The notes below the pieces were generated by a model. It did no database searches. It was not told the DNA's origin and saw only the letters and a program-made list of their open reading frames with translations. Shown piece after piece: positions 25,801 through 38,265 of a stretch of 64,000 nucleotides of DNA. Source of the stretch: Eledone cirrhosa (taxonomy: Eukaryota); contig OZ024743.1 in NCBI GenBank assembly GCA_964016885.1, positions 359,538,001-359,602,000 on the forward strand. Direction: 5' to 3'. The position numbers and the translations under genes were made by a program. The stretch's first letter is position 1. Every line of letters starts with the position of its first letter.

Positions 25801-26212
25801 ACGCTAAAGAGCGGGACGTTCCAAGAAAGGTCTCCAGACGCCGGAAGAAATCGGGCCGCCCTGTTCCTGTCGGGACATATACGGCCACTAACCTGAAAGC
25901 TTGCCCGTCTCCGCTGGTCACGTCCAGCACCACCAACTTACCTTCTGGGTCCAGGAAGATGGCCCGTATGGCAAGATCCAAACCTCTCCGAAAAAGCACA
26001 GCAACTCCTTCCCCCGATCCCGGTCGGCTGGGAGATGCGTACACATCATAGCCGGCGATGATCGGTGCGAAGGCCCGTGCTTCGGAGATTTTGGTCTCGC
26101 TGATGGCCACCACATCTATGTTTAGTGACCTGAGGTCGTTGAGCAGGTGGCCCTGATTCCACGACGACCCCAAGCCACGCGCATTTATGCTGCCTATTCT
26201 GAGTGAGGTCAT
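22815..26212 (-). pseudogene. Tx1-A ORF2 (AP endonuclease, reverse transcriptase, C-terminal CCHC), frameshifted
   Basis: SINARGL, AISET, GDWNG, TDH; DQSKAFDRVDH, VRQGCPLS, AYADDV; CPRCAQGDETVLHALVHC. Confidence 0.92.
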
Positions 26213-26246
26213 GTTGAAATGGAGTGGAAAAGATGGGAAAGACCAC

Positions 26247-28137
26247 TTACCTTACTTTTCGTAGAGAAGGACGGTTTCTGCATCCTTTTCACTGCCTGTG
26301 GCCTCCTCGGGAAGGATGTCCTTATAAATCCTTCTGGAGAGTGCTTGTCGAAGTCTCCGATGTCTTTGGGGAATTTTTGTTTTAGTGTCATGTACGTTTT
26401 CTGTGTGATGCGAGTGATTTGTATGTGTGGAGGTTGAGTGAACTTTTGGGTTGTTCTGTAGTCTTTTTCTGTGATGCTGGTGTTGTGTTGGATGTAGTGT
26501 AATAATTGGTTGTTGTTCAAATTTAATGCTGTGTAGTGTGAATCGTTTTGGTTATTTTGTTTTGTTTGCGTTTGTTGAGGGTTTGTTTCTGTTTCGCTTT
26601 TTGGTGACTTTTGTGGTGTTGGTGATGGTGGTGTTGGGGTTAATGATGGTGATAGTGTTGGTGTTTGTGGTGATGGGGTTGGTGATGCTGGTGTTGATGG
26701 TGGCATATCTGTCCTAACTTTTTTGTTTGATAGTTTATTTGTTTGCCTCTGTATTTTGTTTTGGAGGGGGAAGGAAGAGATTTTTTTCTTTTTTGGTTTC
26801 TTTTTTTCTTTTTTCCTGATACCGTTTCCCACTCCTCGTCGTCACAATCTCTTTCCAGTTGCGATAGGCCGGGCAGTGGAAAATCCTCCACAGGCTTTGG
26901 TTTTGTTTGTGGCGTGGTGGATGATGTAGGCGCTGGTGCTAGATCTGGCGCGTTGGGTGGTGGTGGTTTTGGTTTTGCTAATGTTGCTGCGGTTGTTGCT
27001 GTTACAGTTGCTTCTGTTGTTGCTGCTACAGTTGTTGCTGCCACCTCTGCTGCTGGTGGTGTTGATGGTTGAGTCACTGGGGTGGGTAAGAGAGCAGAAA
27101 GCCCATAGGTGGGTTCCTTCACCACAAACTACACACCTAGGCCTTCTGCCCTCGACGATTACGGTGAGGTGGCTGCCGTCAGTAAGGTCTATTACCGCTG
27201 GGATCTCCTCAATGCTTTTATGGTCCGCTTGGGTCAGGAGCTCCATCGCAGATCCGGACCAGTTCTCCTGCTTTTCATTCGCTATTTCGATCATCTTGGT
27301 GTTGGCCTCGATGCCGGCGAGGACGGCAGCCATTAGCCAGGGAATTTCGATGGCCGGTGGAACGTGGGTCACCCTGATCTTCACGAGTCTCTGGCCACAA
27401 TAGCTTGGGACGAGTGTGATGTCGTCACTTCTTAATGGGCCATGGAGTGTTCTCTGGCCTCCTGTGGTGTTTTAAAGAACACGTGCACGGTTCCATATTT
27501 CTGCCCACGTCTGATGTGGGTTTTGTTTGCCCACACATGTCCCAAAGCTTTTTGGATTTGGGACTCGGATGCCCGTTCCACTCGGTGCGATTTTATGTTA
27601 ATTGTCCGATAAGACACGGTGCATAGGCGACGATGCTCCATTTTATTAGGGTTGGGGGCTGACCCTGTACCCATCTTTCTTTACCATTCTTTTGGCTTCT
27701 TCTAATTCCTCCTGGGTTACCTGGATCGCTTCGCACGTTTTTGCTACTCTCGCAAATGATAGGGTAGTTTTCTTAATTTCATTGTTGTTGTTATCGTTAT
27801 TTTTGTTATTGTTAATTTAAGTTTCAGATTTGGTGGTGGTGGCGTCAGTGTTGTTCGGTGTGGAAGAGTTCATTTTGGTTGAATTCATTTCGATATCACG
27901 AGTTCATTTTTTTCCTTTTGTTTCTGTTGTCGCTGTGGTGGTTGTGGTGGTGGTGGGGGTGACGGCTTTAACACCTGCAGTCATTGGTAATGGCGGGAAA
28001 TGAATGTCTGCCTGAGACAAATTTAAAATATTGCTACTGCTTATATTTTTAGTGTTGGCAAACGTAGTAATATTTACAATGGTGGTGTCGGTGTGAGCTG
28101 TTAGTTTGTGAGGAAGGTGTGACTCTAGGTCGGCCAT
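26247..28137 (-). pseudogene. Tx1-A ORF1 (RRM-like region, CCHC knuckle, Pro/Thr-rich), frameshifted
   Basis: ORF pieces 27904-28137, 27432-27674, 26842-27384 (CVVCGEGTHLWAFC), 26640-27125, 26209-26832. Confidence 0.85.
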
Positions 28138-28586
28138 GATATTTCAAAGAAATTTGTTTGTTTGTTTGATAATTATAAAAAGTTTAAATTTTGGGCTCAA
28201 GGCCCCAATCCTTTTGAGTGACCTTTTCAGAAATCAATGTATGTGCACTTATATACAGGTAACAATAAAGATTTTCCATAAATGGCAATTTGAAACAACT
28301 GATAATAACAAACCTTTGCGGAGCTCACGATGATACGATTTACTACGTAGGGGTCGCCAATAATAATAATAATAATGATAATAATAATGATTTCATTTAT
28401 TGGCCACACGGGCCGACATATAGGGGACAATACAAAAGACTGGGACAGTGGGGTTTTACAGAAAAATCGAGTAAACAATATGAATCACAATAACAAAGTA
28501 ACAATAACAAAGTAACAATAAAGTAACAATAAAATTACAACAAGAAAAAAATTCCCCAATAGGGGGGATGACCACCTAGTGTTCAC

Positions 28587-31500
28587 TCAGGTACCCCACC
28601 AGTCCTGAACGACCCGACGCTTCGAGAGCACCCTGGAAGGGCACCCCTCTCCTAATTTACCTACATACAGCCGCCTGACCAGAGTAGACCCACTCACACG
28701 GGCCATTCTCGCCACATTCACACACCTTTCAGCAAATGTACTGGGGGGCAGCACTTCTCTCTCCACTCTCACCTTCCTTTCCAGGTGAAACTCGAAAAAG
28801 TTGATGAGGGATTGGCCGATGAGAAAAGTGTCTGTCTTCAGTCCTTTCAACCTCGTCCACCATGCAACCTCTTTCGCTACTGCCACCAGACAGAGGAAAA
28901 TTGCCTGCCCTTCCTGGCCAAAAGAAGGCGGCGGGTCGATCTTCACTATGACTCGGCCGATAGCCGGATCCGTTCTACACGCGACAACAGCTGTTCAACA
29001 TAACTCCACAAGTCAGTAATGCACGGACACTGGACGACTGCGTGCAGAACGGTTTCGTCGCTCTGCGCGCATCTCGGGCAGGTCCGTCTGACAGCACTTC
29101 CGTGCCAGTAGAGTTTATCTCGAACCGGCAGTGACCCCCGGTAGCACTGCTAAGCGAGAGATTTTTGGAAATTATCCATCGTCCCCGGCTCGAAAGTCCT
29201 CCGGTACAGACTGGTTAGTTCGACTTCGTTGACTCCTAGAGCCTCTCCGAGTGCGTCGTCGCACTTGCCCACCACTAATCCTTTATAGAACTCGAGAGTG
29301 GAAGTTCCACTGACCGCATTGCCCGCCTGGTAGAGGGCAGTGAGTGCCTGGAAACATTCCAGATGCCAGTCACCCAGTCTCGGTCTCTTCTTGACCCAGG
29401 ACTGCAGCTCAGTCAAAGAAACGAGCTGCGGAAAGGCCCGTTTGACAAACGGCGACCACACCTGTTCACCGTTTAGGCAGAATATCTGGAGATGCGGCAG
29501 CCTCAGCGCGTGCCTGCGCATCATTAGCCACGGCATGCCTAGCCCTCCAAGTAGAGGGTGGTGGAAGCAGATGGACCGCCTCACCAGCGGAACCTGACCC
29601 CTCCACAAGAATTTGAAGAGGAGCCGTTCCAAGATGGCGAGGCGCGAACGGGAGAAAGGGACGACAGTCAGACGGTAGTAGATGACGGACGCGATGTACG
29701 CTTTCGCCACTTCCGCCCGACCTTTCAGTGATAGCTTCATCCCAGCCCATTTCTTGGTGAGACTGGCTACCCTGCCCGTCACCTCGTCCCAATTCGTATC
29801 CACCTGGAGGTCTGGCCCGAACCAAACCCCTAAAAACTTTACCGGTCCGTCCGTCCAGCGCCTAACGACGCTGTTGGACGGCATGGACTTGCCTCTCCAG
29901 GTGCCGAGTTGCAAGCACACTGACTTTTCCGGGTTAAGTTTTGCTCCCGTCAACCTTTTACATTCCTCCAATAAGTTGCCGCCCACCTCGATTTCTGAGG
30001 TGTCCGACACCATCACGGTGATGTCGTCCGCATAAGCCGACACAACCTTTCCGCGTCCCGGTTCGAGCGGGATGCCCTGCAACAGCTCCAGCTTCCGCAG
30101 TAAAGGCTTGAGAGTCAATACGTACAGAAGGGAGGAGAGAGGGAACCCTTAACGGACCAATCGGGAGACCTGAAACGGTTCCGAGAGGTGGCCATTAATT
30201 TTGACCATCGAGCAGGTGCCGCTCTGCATTGCAGCGATCCAGCTTCTGAAGACGGGGCCGAAGCCAGCCGCCTTGAGGACAGCCTCTAGGTAGCGATGGT
30301 CGACCCTCTCGAATGCTTTCGATTGATCTAAATTGATCAGAGCCCCAGCGAAGCCAGGTTTACACCCTACCCTCTCTATGATGTATTGCATTAGGTGGAG
30401 GTTTTCGTGTATGGACCTGGTTGGGATTGCGCAAGTTTGTGCCTCCCCAAACAAATCCCCGACGACAAGCGCCAACATCTTCACTAACACCCTTGCCAAA
30501 ATCTTAAAATCTGTGTTGAGCAGAGTTAAATGCCTGAAATTGTCTAATGTGTCCCTCTTGTTCTCGTATTTCCTTATCAGCGTCACTACGCCCCGGCTCA
30601 CAGAACTGGGAATACTCCCGTTTTGCTGCCAGTTGCAGTAGAGGGCTTCGAGGAGATTGGAGAACAAGTCTGGCATATTTACGTAAAGCTCGTAGGGCAG
30701 ACCATACAAACCGGTGACTTGCGCCTCATGCAGCCAACAAGGGCATCCTGAATCTCGGCTGAAGTAATTGGCCTTTCGCAGCGCCCAGCGTCAGCCGTCC
30801 AGAGTTGCGGCAAGCCATCCAGGTAGGGACTGAAGTCCGCCACCATCTCTGACCCGCCACCTCCCCCGAACAACCGAGCAAAATGTTGGCGAAAGGCCTC
30901 ACACATCCTCTTGGAATCGCTCAGCTCGTGCCCGTCTCGGTCCGTCAAAGACCGAATCGTGGTTTTATTACCACGCTGCGCCTCTGCCACGCGGGCCCTT
31001 CGAACAGCTTTGGTTCCCTCGTTTCTCAGAGCACGCGCCTTAGCTCTGACAATGCAACCTTCGTGTTTCGCATTGAAGAAATGGTCTAATGCCATTCTCG
31101 CCGCTGGCACGTCAATTGCAATACCACTACCAATAGCCTCGTCTAACTTATCTACCAACTCCCCCTCCTTTCTATTTTTCTCTAACGCTACTTCTTTGCT
31201 AAACTCTATCGACATTACTCTAATCTCTCTTTTGAGAGCCCCCCCCCCCTATTTTTGACGACTCCCCCTGTCAACATTTTCTTAATTAAATTGTTGACCT
31301 GATCCCTGTAAGCCTTACGTGCCGGAAATGACATGTTTAGCTTCCAGTAACCAGGTCCTAACCTACGCGTCTTATCTAGGTCGCCCACACAGATCACAAA
31401 CTTGTGATCTGAATAGGCGACCGTTTCAAAACGTGGACAGCTTACACTATTTCTGTCTATTTTCCTAATGAATATCCTGTCTATATACGATCTAGATGAC

Positions 31501-32083
31501 TCTATGCGGTTAGCCCAGGTCCATACTGGCGCATTAAGGAAATCTAGTCGGTACCTGTCAGACAGTTGGAACTGGCTGATCAGGTTCTTGAGGCTTTTGC
31601 ACCCCCGCTCCAATCGGATACTCCCACACAGTCCCAGCGTGCGTCTAATATGCCGTTCCAGTCCCCCGCTAACAGTAAAAGCCGAGACGTAGCCAGAAAG
31701 GCTTCCAGGCGTCTAAAGAAGTCCGGCCGTCCTACCCCAGTAGGAGCATAGACGGCCACCAGTCTAAAGGCACCGCCTTCGTTATTGTTCACGTCCAGGA
31801 CCACCAACTTCCCGTCCGGGTCCCGGAAGATCGACCTTACCTCGAGATCCAGGCCTTTCCTAAACAGCACTTCCACCCCGCCTCCCATTCCCGGCCGGCT
31901 AACAGATGCAAAGATCTGATAGTCGTCGTAAATGGGGGCTAGTGCGCGCGTGTCGGAAATCCTGGTCTTGCTGACTGGAATTACATCCATTTCTATAGAC
32001 CTGAGGTCGTTGAGCAGGTGACCCTGCTTCCAGGACGATCCTAGGCCTCGAACATTTAAACATCCTACTCTAAATACAGCCAT
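28587..32083 (-). pseudogene. Tx1-B ORF2 (APE-RT-CCHC), frameshifted
   Basis: CLNVRGL, GDWNG, YSDH, DQSKAFERVDH, SAYADDI. Confidence 0.92.
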
Positions 32084-32114
32084 GTTGGCAGGTTAAACAG
32101 AGAGAGAGGAAGGT

Positions 32115-34110
32115 TTACTTACCTTCCGGGCTCTTGTGAAGGTCGGGTTGTTCGACCTCCATAGTTGGTGGGCTTTCTTTTGGGAACCCCTTTAAAAGTC
32201 TTGAAGTTGGTTTTACGTTCGGGGTTCCCACGTCCCGAGGAAAGCTGTCTCGTATTTCTTTGTATAATTCGATCGACATTCGCACCAGAACCAAATCTTC
32301 CGGCACGCGAAATGTGCTCGATTTAAAAATTTCCCCCTCTTTTCGTATATTTTCACTTCGTGCTACGAGGGCCATCAGTTCCTTGTTGGCCCTCCTGACG
32401 AGCACGAAGTTTTGTATGTTTTGTTGGTGTGATTTTATTTGTTTGCGTGGCTGTGGCGGTGATGGTTTTGGTGGTGTTGTTTCGGTTGTATCTGTGTTTG
32501 TTATAAGTGCGGTGTCTGCGGTTTCAGATGTTAGTGTGTATATTTGTTCTTGCGTCTGTTTAGGTTGTTTGCGTTTGGGGGATGTTTGGGGGATTCTGGT
32601 GATGGTGATGGTGGTGTTGATGTTGGTGTTATTGGAGAGATGTTTGCGTGGGTGGTGTCTGCGTTTTTTATTGTGGGTGATTTTGTGCTTTGTTGAGTTT
32701 TCTTTTTCTTTTTGTGTTTCCTTTTTTGTATTTTGGGGGATTTTTGTTTTCCCTCATCTTCACTACTCGTAGATGAGGGGTCTGTGTCTGTAAGTGTGTC
32801 TGTATGTATGTTTATGGTTTTATTGGTGTGTGTATTTTGGGGTGGAGGGGGAATTTGACAGCTTTTCTCGTTTCCCCTCTGGGTGGTCAATGTTGGTGGT
32901 GGTCTTTCTATTGGTGTTGTTGTTGGTGGTTTTGCCGGTGCTGGTGTTGGTTGTGGTCCTCGCCCCGGCGTCGGCAGCAGTGGAACCTTTCGACCCCTTG
33001 CCTCTCTCAGCAGTTGAGGGCAGAAGGCTCGCAAATGGGTTTTTTCCCCACAAACAAAACACTGCGGCCTTTTGCCTTCGGTCATAATGTGAATGACCGT
33101 CACATTTTGAAGACGGATGTGGTCCGGGATTGTCTTCACATTCTCGGGCCTGATCTGGAGAAGGATCTCCAGGTTAACCCCGGACCAGTCCTCTCTGGCC
33201 GTTCTGGTCACTTCTATAGGGATGGTATCCGTCCCCTCCACAATCACACAACCCAGAATCCACCACATGTCAAGTCCTGGTGGGATTCTGGGAATGCGTA
33301 GACGGGTTGTTCTTTTTCCCATGTGGGAGGGGTACATTATGACCTTGCTGGTTTTGCATGGAATCATAGCGTGTTTCATAGCGAGGGCTTCTGACTTGAA
33401 CAACACCGAAATGGTGCCGTACTGTCTGCCCCTCTCTATGTATTCGGTGTTTTCTTTGATGCACCTCAGCGCGACTTCGAATTCTTCTTGTGGGATTAAA
33501 GCTGCCCTTTTGGTTTGTGCTGAGATGCATCTATAATGCACCGTTCTGCGTTCCACTGCCTCAATAGCTTCTACCGGGACAGTTAAGTTGGCCCAGGTTT
33601 GCTCTTGCTTGATGAGCTTCCATGCCTGGGCCGACTTTTCAGCTTTGTTTGAGAGGTCCATGTTGAAGCATGGCCTCTTTTTTGCTGCTTGCTGCTGACG
33701 CAGCGAAAGTGTTCTTTTTGTTTTCATTGGGGGTGTTGTTGTCGTTGTTCTTGTTGGTGTTGTTGTTAGCACTGCGCTGTTATCATTGTTGTTTTTGTTG
33801 CCACCGTTGTTCTCGGTGCAGTTGCTCTTGTTGCTGTTGGTGTTGTCGCTATTTGTTTTCATCTTAGTGGTGTTGATATTGTTGTTGCATTTGTTATTTT
33901 TTTTTGTTATCTGTATTTTCGTTGTCGCTGTTACTGTCATTTTTTTTCAAAATTAGAGTTCTCATTGGTATCATTGGTGTCTTTGTTTACATTGTTTGTG
34001 GTGGTGTTTGTGTTATCAATTTGTGTTAATTTCGCTGTAGCGCTCCTCACAACTTCTACGTCGTTGTCGCACGACGGCAGACATATCGCTGGGTGGCGTG
34101 GCTCAGCCAT
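32115..34110 (-). pseudogene. Tx1-B ORF1, frameshifted
   Basis: ORFs 33937-34155, 32531-33940 (RGRQYGT, CFVCGEKTHLRAFC) and 32115-32405. Confidence 0.85.
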
Positions 34111-34340
34111 GTTTTTTTTTCTCCGTAAATTTTTTAACATGTAAAAAAAGTTCAAATATTTGGGCCAAAGGGCCCAAATATTATACTTACCCCTTCACAG
34201 TGCAAAGTCTAAGGGCTTATATCCCTTACACAACAAGAAATATTTAACAACAAATAATGTTAACAGGCAAATAAAGCGACTTACTGGGAGCGAGCCAAAA
34301 AGACGTCCGAACAGACCAATAATAGTAATAATAATAATAA

Positions 34341-36852
34341 TAACATAATTCTCAAAAACCTTATCATCACAAACAAACTAAACATTACTGATTTAAATCA
34401 TCTCTATTATGCATCGGCTAAAGTCACCACTCACTTATGTGGAGTGAAAATGATAAAAACAAAGGAATTCCCACAAGAAACCTACTTGGCAAGAGAACAT
34501 CAATCGCAAAATAAACCTTCTCCGATCTGACATAGAAATTTTAACAAACTACAAAGTAGGTGAACATGTTAAACAAACTAAACTTAGAAAATTGAAAAGA
34601 AAGTACAGTATAAAATAAACAAGTGACATAGACATGCTGATAGAAATAATCAAGCAAAAAGTGTCGCCCAAAGCTGCTCGTATAAGGCGCTTTGAAAAAC
34701 GATCTAGATTCTATAAGGACAATAATATGTTCAAAAACAACCAAAGAAACTTCTACAGAAAAATTGGCAAGTCAACAATAACTGCTAAATCAATACCACC
34801 CAAGGAGGAAGTGCAAGAATTCTGGGAAAAGATCTGGGCCGAAGAAAAAGTTCATAATATACATACCCCATGGATAGACAGACAAATGAAAGATACAGCT
34901 CACCTTGAGGAACAAATATGGGAAAATATAACAGTTGAACAGTTGCGCTTGGCTCTAAGAAAAACCAGCAAATGGAAATCCCCAGGAAAAGAAAAAATTA
35001 CCAGATTTTTGGATAAATGCCTTCACAGAGTCTCATGAGCTGATAGCCTAACTTTACAATGAAATAGTTAAGGAGCCAGAAAAGATACCATCATGGCTAG
35101 TTAACGGCATTACATTCCTGCTTCCGAAGAATGATGAGACAAACAATCCCAAAAATTTCAGACCGATAACTTACTTGACCACAATGTATAACATTTTAAC
35201 ATCAGTCCTAACTGAATATACATATTATCATCTGATAACAAATGAGCTATTTCCCATTGAGCAGAAAGGGTGTAATCGAGGATCATATGGCTGTAAGGAT
35301 CAGCTTTTGGTTAACAAAATGATACTGGTAGATTGTCATAATAGACACAAAAATCTATCGATTTCTTGGATAGATTATAAAAAAGCATTCGATAGTTTGC
35401 CACACAGTTGGATTGAAAAATATTTAGAGATTTTCAAAATATCCCCCGTTTTCAGGAGGTTCCATGAAGACATGGAAAACGACACTTCTTTTGAATAGTG
35501 AAAAAAAAATCACTGGAAGCTGGAGAAGTTAATATTAATTGTGGAATTTTTCAGGGTGACTCTTTATCACCGCTTTTATTCTGCATCGCACTTATACCAT
35601 TAAGTAAAATGCTCAATGAAACAAACATGGATATAAAGTCTATGACAAAACCATTAATTACTTGTTCTACATGGATGACCTGAAACTATTTGCAAAAAAT
35701 GATGAACAATTGCAAGGGCTACTATCCACTGTGGAGCAGTTCAGCGATGACATTAAAATGGAGTTTGGACTAGATAAATGCGCCAAAGTAACGTTCACCA
35801 GAGGAAAGCTGCTGAAGAGTTCAGACATTAATCTTGATCGGGGGAATGTGATAAGAGAACTTGATCAAGAAAAAACTTACAAATATCTAGGTGTTTGTGA
35901 AGGAATCAAGCACTCGACAATGAGGGAAAGGATAAGGAAGGAATGTTACCGCAGAGTAAGAGCAATCTTAAGAACGGAATTGAATGCAAGGAATAGGATC
36001 GATGCCATAAATACGCTTGCCATACCAGTAGTAACCTACAGTTACAATGTCATCAACTGGTCAAGCACAGAGATCCGTAGAAAATTCTTAACCATGCACA
36101 GAATGCATCACCCTAAGGCAGATATAGATAGAATATATCTCCCTAGGAAAGAAGGAGGGCATGGGTTAATCCAGTTAGATATTGCGCTGAAAACTGCAAC
36201 AATTGGATTATCTACATACCTAAGGGAATCACATGATTGGATGATCAAACTCGTTTTGAAACACGAATGCATCAAAAGATCATACTCCATTACAAATGAT
36301 GCACAAAGATACAGTAATGGACTACAAATTTCAGAAGTCCCATTTACTGCTGAAATGGAAAACAGAGAAAAAGCAAAGCAGGTAAAAGTAACTGCAAAGA
36401 AAGAACTGCTACAGAAACTGGCTAAGAAATGACAAGAAAAGCCTCTGTATGGAAAATACCCTGATGTTGACAAAACTTTAACCCATCAGTGGTCGGCATC
36501 CTCTGGACTGAAATCGGAGATTGAAGGACTGATTATATCAGCACAAGATCAGTGTCTGCCAACAAAAAATTACCAAGCCAACATAATAAAAAATGGATGC
36601 AGCCCATTATGCGGTGTATGTAAAATACAACCAGAGACCATTGATGATATAATTTCAATGTGCAGTCCTATAGCTCCAACCGAATACCTAAACAGGCATG
36701 ACGAAACTGCACAATACATACATTGGATAATGTGTAAGCATTTTGACCTGCCCCATCAAAAGAATTGGTGGGAGCATCAACCAGCCCCCATACTTGAAAA
36801 ATATCACATCTCAATCTTGTGGAACTTTAGCATCCAAACAATGGGAACTGCT
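34341..36852 (+). mobile_element. R4/Dong-like RLE retrotransposon family A, 5'-truncated, internally deleted copy
   Basis: EQKG..GCKDQLL, WIDYKKAFDS, GIFQGDSLSPLLF, YMDDLKL, Zn knuckle, RHD; begins directly after (AAT)n; homologous to 58438-61462. Confidence 0.9.
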
Positions 36853-36949
36853 CCAATACGTCCTGAATATCTGAGTCTGCAGGTAGTGGCTTGATATTCA
36901 TATCCACAAACTTTCCAGTTAAATAACATCAATGACTGAGACTCAAAGA
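36853..36949 (+). mobile_element. R4-like family B 3' end
   Basis: Matches the reverse complement of 57619-57715 (QYVLNI* plus 3' UTR); followed by (AAT)n. Confidence 0.85.
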
Positions 36950-36975
36950 ACAATAATAATAATAATAATAATAAT

Positions 36976-37112
36976 GCTTTCCTTATTAACCACAAGGGTT
37001 TAAACAAAGTAGACATTTAGGACAGTACACGACAATACAGGACGGTACACATGGGCATTTCTGCGTGTAAAGAAACAAAAACAGAGGATGTAACCAAAAA
37101 AGAACAATGAAA
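36976..37112 (-). mobile_element. Tx1-A 3' UTR fragment
   Basis: Matches 22559-22692; AAT repeats on both sides. Confidence 0.85.
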
Positions 37113-37122
37113 ATAATAATAA

Positions 37123-37762
37123 CAACTGAATGCCCAAACTGGCACGACAGAGCTGCACAATACATATATTGGATAATGTGTAAGCATTTTGACCTGCCTC
37201 ATCAAAAGTATTGGTGGGAGCATCAACCACCTCCCGTACTTGAAATAGATCACATCTCAATCTTGTGGAACTTTAGCATCCAAACAGACCGAAAAATAGA
37301 TGCAAATAGACCTGATATAATACTGAAGGACTTAAAAAGAGGGTATGCCTGCTAATTGATATGTCCTTTCCAATAGACAAGAATGTATCTATGAAAACAT
37401 TTGAAAAATTGAGCAACTATAAGGACCTGGAGATAGAAATTGGAAAAATGTTGAAGTTGACAACTAAAACAATACCAGTAGTTGTGGGTGCTCTAGGAAT
37501 GATACCTAAGGGGTCTAATGATTACTTATCACAAATACCAGGAAACCCGCGTATAGAAGGAATTCAAAAGATAGTACTAATGGGAACTGCCCATATACTA
37601 AGGAAGATTCTGTCAATATAAGTACATCACAAGTCTAAGCACCTAAAGAAGCATGTGTGTGTATGTATGTTCTTTCTTGAACTTGGCGAACCCTGTTGTC
37701 TCTTGAGGTCACTGGTTGTGACTTGGTGATAACTCGTATGAACATAAAGCAAGATAAATGCA
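37123..37762 (+). mobile_element. R4-A 5'-truncated copy (RLE domain + 3' UTR)
   Basis: NRPDIIL...KDLEIEI...PVVVGALG...GTAHILRKILSI*; ends ataaagcaagataaatgc|aaataataat. Confidence 0.9.
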
Positions 37763-37780
37763 AATAATAATAATAATAAT

Positions 37781-38265
37781 TTCTTTATAAACCACGAGGA
37801 TTTCAATAAAGGGAAACATTAAGGACGGTACAAAATATGGGTTTATGCGTTATAAAAGGAAACACAATAAGAATAACAAAATATGTAACAAGAAAAAATA
37901 GAATCAAAAACAAGTCCACAATAACGGGGAGATCACCGAGGGTTACTCTTGAAGAAAGCTGGCAAAATCACGATCACCATGACAACTAGGTCAACCGGCC
38001 TCTCCCAGTTGTCCTCCTTCAAAACTACAGGTACCCACCTTTCAACAAACTGGCTGGAATGCAGCTCTTCCTTCTACAACCTGATTTTCCTTTACAGGTG
38101 AAACCTGAAAAAGTTAATAAGGGCGTCGCCGAAAATGAAAGTGCCCCTCTTCAACTCTTTCAGACCCATCCACCATACGACCTCTTTCACCATGGCCACC
38201 AAGCAGATAAAATCTGCCTGCCCTTCCCCGTTAAAGGAAGGTGGTGGGGCAATCATCATGATGGA
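37781..38265 (-). mobile_element. Tx1-like family D 3' fragment
   Basis: Minus strand encodes the ORF2 tail homologous to families A and B; ends cctcgtggtttataaagaa|att. Confidence 0.8.

Larger units (their letters stand above)
22559..28358 (-). mobile_element. Tx1-like LINE family A, full-length copy 1 (~5.8 kb) flanked by (AAT)n
   Basis: Two-ORF structure (gag-like ORF1; APE-RT-CCHC ORF2); starts ATT|GGCGACCCC and ends cccttgtggttaataaagaacgc|att; homologous along its length to 51689-57582. Confidence 0.92.
28389..34317 (-). mobile_element. Tx1-like LINE family B, full length (~5.9 kb) flanked by (AAT)n
   Basis: Divergent from A but colinear; starts ATT|GGTCTGTTCGG and ends cccgtgtggccaataaatgaaatc|att. 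Confidence 0.92.

Noticed and set aside
26209-26212. ORF1/ORF2 ATGA overlap in Tx1-A copy 1
   Set aside because: It arises from a private frameshift. Copy 2 has ATGG, and its ORF1 frame, which aligns with family B, stops 35 nt earlier.
33930-33950. Apparent uORF / AUGA stop-start or programmed frameshift at an A-run in Tx1 ORF1 (also near 27905 and 52125)
   Set aside because: The two A copies disagree: copy 1 is in frame with a TTA>TGA change and copy 2 has a different A-run length. Homopolymer indels or sequencing error explain it.
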